Part shown: positions 59,811 through 64,000 of the stretch, piece by piece
Layout: each line of letters begins with the position of its first letter
Position numbering within the stretch: the first letter of the stretch is position 1
Source: Lytechinus pictus
Lineage: Eukaryota
Direction: 5' to 3'
Length of the DNA: 64,000 nucleotides
Assembly (NCBI RefSeq): GCF_037042905.1
Contig: NC_087251.1
Coordinates: 49,229,358 to 49,293,357, forward strand
Made by a program: the position numbers and the translations under genes
The notes under the pieces: model-generated
What the model saw: only the letters and a program-made list of their open reading frames with translations
Database searches by the model: none
What the model was told of the DNA's origin: nothing

Positions 59811-62800
59811 AAAGAGGAGTATACCCTATTTGTTTAAATTCCACAAGATAAGAAATGGTCAGAACAGCTGGATCCTAATCCCTCTCTTGCCCCTACTTCC
59901 ACAAATCTGCTGTCAATCATGGTATCTACTGGCAACGGAGGGTTTCAGCAAGCTCCGCCTTGTGTACACGTTTCGTGTACATTGGTCAAACATGTTGTAG
60001 ACCCAGATCTGCAGGCTCCTTGAATCAGCTGTGATACACATACTGCAGATGTGGGTCTACAGTTGTAGACTAGTCAAAGTGCATCATTCATGAGTGCTGT
60101 TCTATTCATACTGCTATGTCATGCAGAAAATTGGAAGTCTGGGTATCACAGTACCAAAGAATGTAGCATATGAAGTCACATTTACATTGAAGAGAAGATG
60201 ACATGATATTTAGAAGGTATTTGGATACAAATGCATCGTATGGTGGTTGGCAGTGCCATTAGTGGTTGAGCCACTCCTATGTTTTATTTTTAGTGTGACT
60301 GGGTTAAAATGTGCAATTTAATGTCTGATATGTCAGTCATATTCTGATGATATTCATGGGTGCTATAAGTCAGTGGAGGAATGAATGAGAAAGTTGATGT
60401 GCATGGTATTCCCAAACCGACGGAGGCCAAAAGTCACCTTTCTGGCGGATGTCACAAACAATTATGCATTTTTTATCCCTGGCATGAGACCCGGAGTAGT
60501 CGAAATGAGCGAAAATTATGACTCTCTGCATACGCTGCGCCTAATTTGCATTGAGGACGTCTTCAAGAAAATGCCATAACTCATAACCCCAATCTGAGAC
60601 CCTTCCATGCATCTTCTTGCCACAGTTGTTTTGCCTGTTTAGGTTTTTTTTCTTTTTTACCTGGCTACATGTATTCCTCTATGGTTTCAATTTCCCGGCC
60701 CACTGCTGCATTGCCCCAGGCAACATGGCTCCCAACTCCGCTCTGATCCCATCGTCTTTTTTCTCCCATACTTCCTTCTTATCTTTTTTCTTCTCGTCCA
60801 CTTTAGATCTTTGAGAGTATCTTCCTCTTTACCTTCTTCTTTTTCTTTCAATTCTACCTTGCCCATCCTGAAGAAAATTGAAGCAAGCTCTGCCTTATTA
60901 GATTTAGAAAGCTAAGCAGTGTCTTGGCTCATTTTGACGATGGAAGATGGGCCAATTTCGCAGCGGCATAAATTAGTGGAAAACCACAAGAGGAGGCATG
61001 TTCGTAGCTCAACAAAATGAAGCCCCAAATCTCCCCACCCCCCCTGCCTCCCTTTCCTCATCTTGCCTTAGAAGTCGTCTCGTTTTTTTTTTTTTTTATA
61101 TGAGCGCGCTGTCCATAGTATAGGTGAAGAACTCAACGTCCCAGTAAATATGTGCAATTGAGACGTTTATTAGGCAATTTGCTTTGGATGCGCCTGGTAA
61201 ATATCAGTTGCAACATGTATTCATTGGTGAAATCTGTTGACTGGTGCATGCCTCTATGAAGGGCAGGAGTGAACAAAAAAAAAGGAGAAAGGCCATATTT
61301 TCATCATGGGTCCATTTTGCTTTCAATTCAGTTCAATCAAACTTTATGGTTTTAAAAGCAAAATATCAAGCTGTTATCATTGAACTGATATAATATGTAA
61401 AGTTTCCATCCAAGTACATGTACATCTATTCTAGGCTATGTATTTAGTGTTGGGATTTGAAAGGACATTAAAAGAAGTCTACATTTAGGAATTTAGACAT
61501 TTACATCTACAAACTTCTAGATGAAACATATAGATTTTTTTTTAATAACTTGGATTAAACAAGACCTGAAATTAATTCATTGTCATCACTTTAACTGTAT
61601 TAAGTTCTGCAATCATTTATTATCTATTCAAATAAATCAGTAGCATTTATCATTTCAAGTTTTCCTTTAATACTTGAAATTGACTTAAAAGGGAATATTT
61701 CTTTGGGAATGGGAGGGAATAGAAAAAGAAAAGGAAATGCTTCTGTATGAATAAGGAAGTAATATTTCACCTCCATTATATATTATGGAAACATTATTTT
61801 ATGTGACTCTGAAAGCGAAAGCCCTTGATCATTTTCAATGAGGTGATTGTAGTTGTGAGAGTATAGGACTACCCATTTACCATAAAAGAATGATTTTTTC
61901 TCTCCTCCGGAACAACAGAATTGACTGGTTTCAAGAAATCAGTCAGTGTATTGTTCTAACTTTTAAAAGATGATTGTACCCCTTGAATATCTTTGGAAAA
62001 TGGAGCAAAATGAAAGTATCATTCAAGTGCTTTTAGGGTTATGAATCTATTATCCAAAAAATGAACAGATAGCAAATACTTATTAAGTGGATGGCAACGG
62101 GATTATCATGTGATTTTTCTGTTAAATGTTTAAGAAATAAAAGCTTAAGAATTGTTATCCTTAACACTTGAAACTAAAAATCTCAAAAATCTTAATGTCA
62201 AGTGATTCAACTTAATTTCTCTTTCATTTTCCATTGACTCATAATTTGTTTATATTTTCTTTAGCAAATTAGGCAAAGAAAATTTCTCTACTAAGATTGA
62301 TGAATATTGAAAGCTGGATTTTCCATTCTCCTATCTTTGATGTGATCTTTGACTAGCAATATTCAATGATTCGCCCTCAGTTTTATTGATTTACAATCTT
62401 TTTAACAAGACTAGAAATCATGCCCAGAGTGGTAAGACAAGAAAATGTCTGTTAATTATAACTTCCTTGAATTGTAAATATTGTTGATAATAATAATTTG
62501 AAAATGCAAGAAGTAGCCATTCTTTCCCTTGTATTATAATACAATTACACTACTGTAGTATATTTATTTCATTTAATGTTTTTTATTTGAAGGACCAGTA
62601 TCTTTGCTTTGCAAATAAAAGCATATAACATTTGCTCACGACAATATGGACTAATAATTATCCCCTATACCCAATGTGGACAACTCACTATATCTGTCAT
62701 TAGTGTACTATATTATATTCTCCTCCCTTCAAATCAAGCCAGCCTTTCTTTTTTCATCCCACTTTCGTGCTTTCCATCCTCTCTCGCACGCTCTCAAGTA

Positions 62801-64000
62801 AAATGGCCAGTGCATGAGTTTTCTGTTTGAAAAATATCTGTTATCGGTGAGCAGGTCAACATGTAATTATTGGCAGGTAGAAAAGCGTAATCATCTTCTG
62901 ATCAAATCCCCCTCCGATGCAGAATTTAATTTATTCCGCTCCAATATTGTCTTCTGTTCATCATCTTCTTTTCTTCTTTGGTTCTGCTTGCTCACTTTGA
63001 ATGAATGCTCTGCTGTCACTCCGAGATCTTCCCGTCTGTCGTCGTGACAGCGACAGAGATGTGAGTGATTTTTATTTCTGCCTGGCTTTTTTTTCATGTC
63101 TTCATAAAAAAGGAAAGATGAAAAAGAGAGAAAATTACGAGGGGGTACATGGGCTGTGTGTTAGATTTTGTGCAGAATGAGTTCATATGTGTGTGAAATT
63201 TAAAGGAGGGAATGTTCAATAAATTTGAAATATATGTGAAAATAAGGTTAAGTTTCAGATATGTTTTGTTATCTTTTATTTTCATTTCTTATCTGATTAA
63301 TAGGAGATCATCATGGTAATGGCATAAAACAGGAATATCACCATAATTTATGTACAGATCATAAAAAGATTGATAATTAAGTAGTTTGTGAATGTGGGTG
63401 TATAGGAGCTCCAAATAGACGTAAATTATGAAAATAATTATTTCATAAAAGCCGACATCATTGACCAGTTTTTATTACCTATTATCAAATCATATAGTAA
63501 GAGGTAAGATTAAATTTTTATGAAAATAGATTAATTTACGACCCTTTTGATCCTCCACTGTTATTATTTTTAAAAGGCTGTGTAAATCGTTTGTTGATAT
63601 AATTGCATATGAGAAGCATAAACTGATTTTTATAGTTGATTTTCTTTATTTTACATCCATCAGATGAGGATATGTTTGGTTACTAAATTATGGTGTTGAA
63701 AATTTATTACAATAAATCATTCAGATTCATTGAAAATATAAGGGTAAAGATAGCAGCCAAGACCTGAAGTTGAAGTGAATGATTTATCATGAAAGTCTAT
63801 AATATGGCTTATTACATAAACATACAGCCTTTGAAAGATGGCCACTAATAGTTCATTTGTTTTTAGTTTCTGAGAGAGTAGAAATAAATGGTATAATTAG
63901 ACAACTTCATTAACCTTTTGTTATTACGCTAAAGTGTTACAAAATTTATGAGCTAATATAAACCTAATAAATGAAAACAACAGCGTATGTTCTGTTTGGT

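Noticed and set aside
43978..64000. Meis exon 7 and homeodomain exons
   Set aside because: I found no GTPGP/SGDNS-like or KKRGIFPK/WLFQHL/PYP/NNWFIN-encoding sequence by eye or in the ORF track. They are presumed downstream of the window, though a divergent exon 7 could have been missed.

Overview
AT-rich eukaryotic (animal) genomic DNA; the repeat repertoire and composition suggest a sea urchin or other invertebrate deuterostome (inference, not proven). The only protein-coding gene I can support is the 5' half of a TALE-class Meis/homothorax gene on the + strand. Six coding exons (19666-19677, 19967-20211, 21047-21188, 23145-23195, 24338-24388, 43801-43977) splice in frame through GT-AG introns into 226 aa covering the whole MEIS/HM (PBX-interaction) domain. 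I did not find the homeodomain exons, which probably lie beyond the window. The rest is intergenic or intronic DNA rich in mobile elements: Helentron/DINE-like elements with internal tandem arrays, Kolobok-like TTAA MITEs, hAT, EnSpm and Harbinger-like MITEs, tRNA-derived SINEs, L2 and CR1-group LINE 3' ends, microsatellites and a 3.1-kb 45-bp minisatellite that produces the long spurious ORFs. The best leads are: a perfect DR5 (RARE-type) plus a DR3 nuclear-receptor element in Meis intron 6; PBX-MEIS decamers inside the Meis locus; a possible homeodomain-less isoform; two small TAGTCT...AGAC hairpin elements that share structure but not sequence; and a three-level nested transposon. I see no convincing evidence of a wholly new protein-coding system.
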